A DNA stretch of 64,000 nucleotides from the human T2T-CHM13v2.0 reference genome, Homo sapiens. A program made the translations under genes and the position numbers. The DNA lies in NCBI RefSeq assembly GCF_009914755.1, contig NC_060930.1, one strand, 5' to 3'. The notes under the pieces are model-generated. The model saw only the letters and a program-made list of their open reading frames with translations. It had not been told where the DNA came from and ran no database searches. Positions 59,705 through 64,000 of the stretch are shown here, piece after piece. Numbering within the stretch: position 1 is the first letter of the stretch; the number at the start of each line of letters is the position of its first letter.

Positions 59705-62486
59705 TGAGCTACCGCCGCACCCAGCCCACATTATACATTTTAAAAACCTTTCCAGAGTGAAAGCTCTGGAGAACATTAACCTATCTCACAGGAGTGAAAC
59801 ACATGGCCTAGATATCTACCACATCACAACTAGGTGTGGAAATAGCCACACCTAGTGTGGGGAAGAAAACAGACAGGGGATTCTTCTCTACTTCGCTTCT
59901 TTCCTATTTTTGGGAAGGATCCATCATGAACATCATGGATTTGGTTACTGTGCGTCCTGGATTTTCAGAGACAGCACAGATTAGCTAACCAGAGCCAGGC
60001 CACATCTGTTCTGAGTGGGAAAATCAGGTCCCTATATCCATAGCAGGTGTAGCACCAGAGATAGGGAAGAGAAGGATGCTGGGCTTTCAAGTTATATTCA
60101 ATAATACCCTCATGTGCACAGATGCCCTCAGCTTGTCTTCACTTGATATCCTTTCTCATAGAGGAAAACATTTGTGAGACCTTGTCTAGCCCTACAAAGA
60201 GGCATTCAAAATGAAAATGCTAGTTTCAACATAATAGCATTCATTTAGGGGCTAAAGCACATTTAATGGAGTACATTTCAAGTCTTGGGCACCATTCTCC
60301 TACATTAAAATGCCACCCTGGTTCATGCCTGTAATCCCAGCACTTTAGGGGGCCAAGGTGGGTGGATCCCTTGAGCCCAGGAGTTTGAAACCAGCCTGGG
60401 CAACATGGTGAGACCCTGTCTTTACAAAAAAATTAAGAAATTAGCTGGGCATGATGGCATGTGTCTGTAGTCCCAGCTACTTGGAAGGCTGAGGCAATAG
60501 GATCACCTGAGCCCAGGGAGGTTGAGGCTGCAGTGAACTATGATTGTGCCACTGCACTACAGCCTGGGTGACAGAGTGAGACCCTATGAAGAAAAAAAAA
60601 AAAAAAAAACCACCTTATTGAGCAAGGTGCATAACTTGTCCTGTCCTCTTTCTTAAGAATCTAGGAAACATGAAATTAAATGTATCATATTTTTTATGTC
60701 ACTCTAACTTTTTTTTAATGAAAAGACTGAAATAATATTGTGCTATCTGGCATCTAGCAATGAACTGTTCCATCCATACTAATTATAATTAATTTGTGCC
60801 TCTCAGCTTCTATACTACAAGTTTTTAAGTATAAAACAGAATAGTGTAACTAAAGAATAGGAGGCATAATATAGTAAACTTCAGAGGCTCAGGAGGATAA
60901 AGAGGATATATTGGAAATCATGGCTGACTTAGGAAATGGACTTACTGTCCATTCAGACACCATTAAACTTCCCTGCGCATCAAGATATTATCTTTATGAG
61001 ATAGTCCAGAATAGATAGTTCTGAAAATGCCAATAAGAGTTCAAATGAATGCAACACAAGGTAATGTCCCAGTCATCTAGCAGCCAAACAGGCAAGCATA
61101 TTTATCTACCATATGGTTCTAACCGGAAGTAAACAAATCCCTGGGTTTTATTCAGGAAGAAAAGTCCACCCTCTGTGCAAAAAAAATCTATTGTCTCTGG
61201 AACGCTTCATGACTATCCTCTATCCTCACTGCCACGAATTATTTCGGGCTTTCATTATGTCCAGCCCATGCTGCTATCCAATCCCCTGCTCCCAAGCTCT
61301 CCCCTACTCCAGCCTGCTTCTGCACAGACCTAAACATTTTTCCAGAAAAACAGAGGATTACGTCATACTCTTTTATGGAAAGCTCTGTTGGTTCAGTTTC
61401 CTTCTGGATAAAATCCAACTCCTTCGTTCAGATGGACAATAAATCATAACCCAGCCTCAATCTTTCTTTAGGATCTATTGGATTTTTTTTTTCCTAATTA
61501 AAATCTGAGTACCCTTCCTATCTGGGGAACTCCTCACAGGGTCCCACCACCTTCACTAGAACCTAAAGGGGCCAGATTCTCCCTCTCCCCATGCTGAGAG
61601 CACCAGGTTTTGGGAATATGACCTAGCCTTGCCAGCTAGGTGCTCCTGCCTGGGCTTAGGTCTCCAGGGAGTGATGAAAAGACACTGAAGCATTGAACAG
61701 TTAATCTCATTGAAGGTGGAGGTGTGAACAAGGGCCAGCAGTGCCATGGCAGTTCCCTGGCAGCACATCCCTGCAGTGTGACTCTGGCCATGTCTTCCTG
61801 CTGCCAGGCCTCATTGGTTCCCGCCTGTTTTCCAAAGCTGTTGTCCAGCTTTCCTGTCAATTGTGAGATAACAGCATCCTTTCAATACACACCTTTTCGC
61901 CTTCGATCAATCAGAGGAGCTTGGTAATGCTGGCACCAAGAATCTTGACTGAAACTCATCTTCCCAGCTTCTTTCCCCACAAATTCTGGCCTCCTTGCTG
62001 TCCCCCTGCCATTCCCAGGGCATGTACAGCTAGACTCCTGACCCTTTGGGAATTAACTGTTTGAACATTAAATGCCTCCCCACACCCCAGAGTTTCTAGC
62101 ATTGTCAAAGTGCACTGTTTATTCAATCAAACATGCACTGAGCACCTATTATGTTTCAGGTCTGTTTGAGCAGTGGTTCAACAAGGATGAATGAGACAAG
62201 GCCTTTACCTATGCACAACTCAGATCTTAGCATTGGCTCACTGTAGGCACAGGCCGCCATGGGCATGAAATGATTTTCTGCACAATGCAGTTGTTGCTAC
62301 AAGAAGGTTTCTGAGCAGGACTGCAAAGTACCTCCACCCCTACTGCCATCACATCCTGATAACTATCTCTCATCCCTGGACCTCATGCTTCATGACTATC
62401 CTCTGCCACTGGAAACCTCCCCACTGGCACAGCCTGTCTGGGCTTGCTCTTGCTAACTATGTGTTCATGCTTTTTTTTTTTTTTGA

Positions 62487-62699
<213 letters not shown>

Positions 62700-63194
62700 T
62701 GATCCACCTGCCTTGGCCTCCCAAAGTAATGGGATTACAGGCATGAGCCACCGCGCCCGGCCTGTGTTCATGCTTTAAAATGTCACCTTTCTTCAAACAA
62801 CTTTCCATTCTCTTAGCTCAGCAGCTCTTGCCTAGATGTTGGACAGTCTTAATTTAAATATTTCACACTCAAGATGAATGGATGATAGGTTTTACCTTCT
62901 CTGAGGGGGTGGTCTTTATATTTTAAAATAGGTAATTCATGCATATAAATCTCTAATGGGAAGTAAAAATGTCTGCACAGAGATGATCTCCCCGTGCAGC
63001 CCACGGGCTGTGAGACACACTTGCTTTACATACCACCATATTACAATCTTTTGCAAATGGAAATGGAACTAGGCTTTAAACTTAGTCTCCTACTTTTTTA
63101 TAATCTCCTTCATTAGGACATCAATAATTAATGCTGAATCAATATAAAGGGTCAAAGATTCCACAATTTTTCTTTAAAAGTTAGTATAACTTGC

Positions 63195-63383
63195 CTTGGT
63201 GTCTCTTAAGAACTTAGCGGAAAAATCCTCAGTGAGTGCGTCATAAAGTGCAGAGGGTTTAATGTCAACTATATCCCACACCTCGTGGGCCCATTTCTGC
63301 AGATCCAATGCATCACCCAGAAACTGACCATTAACAAAAGAAATCACAGAGGAAGAATATTCCCAGGTTTCATTTTTGAGTTC
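63195..63383 (-). CDS. PPIL6: PPIL6 coding exon (probably exon 3; N-terminal non-cyclophilin region)
   Basis: 189 nt ELKNETWEYSSS...KFLRDTK; acceptor CTTACAG|; donor is non-canonical AAG|GCAAGT. Confidence 0.9.
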
Positions 63384-63647
63384 CTGTAAGGGAAAAGGAC
63401 AAAAAAAAAAAAAAACGTAAGAAGTGGGGGGAAAACTTGCTAAACCCATAAGCCAGAGCTTAGGATCAACTCTAGGTCTGAATTTGTCAACTCTAGTATT
63501 GAATCTTTTAAAAATAAGTTTTTATCGTCCTTCAGAATTTTGCTCTCAGAAAGAACTTAAGAACATTTTTAAGAATCTGACATCACTAAAAGTAAAGAAT
63601 GATCTAAAAAGTATCATAAAAATGTTACAAATGAAAAAAAATTTATC

Positions 63648-64000
63648 TGAGGAATGTGAGCCCCTTTAAATTATCATGCCCAGAAAGGCATTTAAAATGT
63701 AATAGCAGTTATGTCTCACTCTCCCTTGAGCTAAATAATTACCTCCACTTACTATGTGGGCTCTAGACTGACACCAAACAGCCATAAAAAGCCATCCACC
63801 CTATAGTTCAACAACATATAGCCAATTGCTAACCAATGTTATTTCTGTAAATCAATGACAATTCCTGACCAACAGCTTTTGTAATCGCCCTTCTTCTGAT
63901 TCATTCTTTTTTCTTTAAACACTTGAGCCTCTATTTTGTTCTCTGGAGCACTCCCCAAGGCAACTTGGAAATGTGTCCTGGGCTGCAGTCCTCAACCTTG
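63648..64000 (+). mobile_element. ERV1 MER4-group LTR (MER34/MER72-like), runs off window end
   Basis: Begins TG; CCAAT boxes and GGGCTGCAGTCCTCAACCTTG typical of MER4-group LTRs. Confidence 0.55.

Overview
Human (or great-ape) genomic DNA recognisable as the chr6q21 CD164/PPIL6 locus; identification comes from my own translation of the exons, not from a database search. Both genes lie on the minus strand. CD164 (endolyn/sialomucin) is complete: 6 coding exons, 888-14415, 197 aa, with a CpG-island promoter and an alternative intra-exon-6 splice giving the 189-aa MGC-24-type C-terminus. The 3' part of PPIL6 (cyclophilin-like, probably catalytically impaired) is present as six coding exons, 24863-63383, plus a 78-nt cassette exon and a GC-AG intron. 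The rest is dense in repeats (more than 40 Alus, L1, L2, MIR, MER, Tigger2, ERV1 LTRs). The most unusual structure is in the large PPIL6 intron: an EnvV/MER66-like env plus U3-R fragment that ends at a poly(A) site, is flanked by an L1-type target-site duplication, and sits inside an L1MA element. It therefore looks like an L1-made processed retrocopy of a retroviral RNA, and it carries an intact small transmembrane ORF upstream of env. Most track ORFs are Alu/L1 artefacts. I see no evidence of a wholly new biological system. Repeat subfamily names are recalled from memory, and repeat boundaries are approximate.
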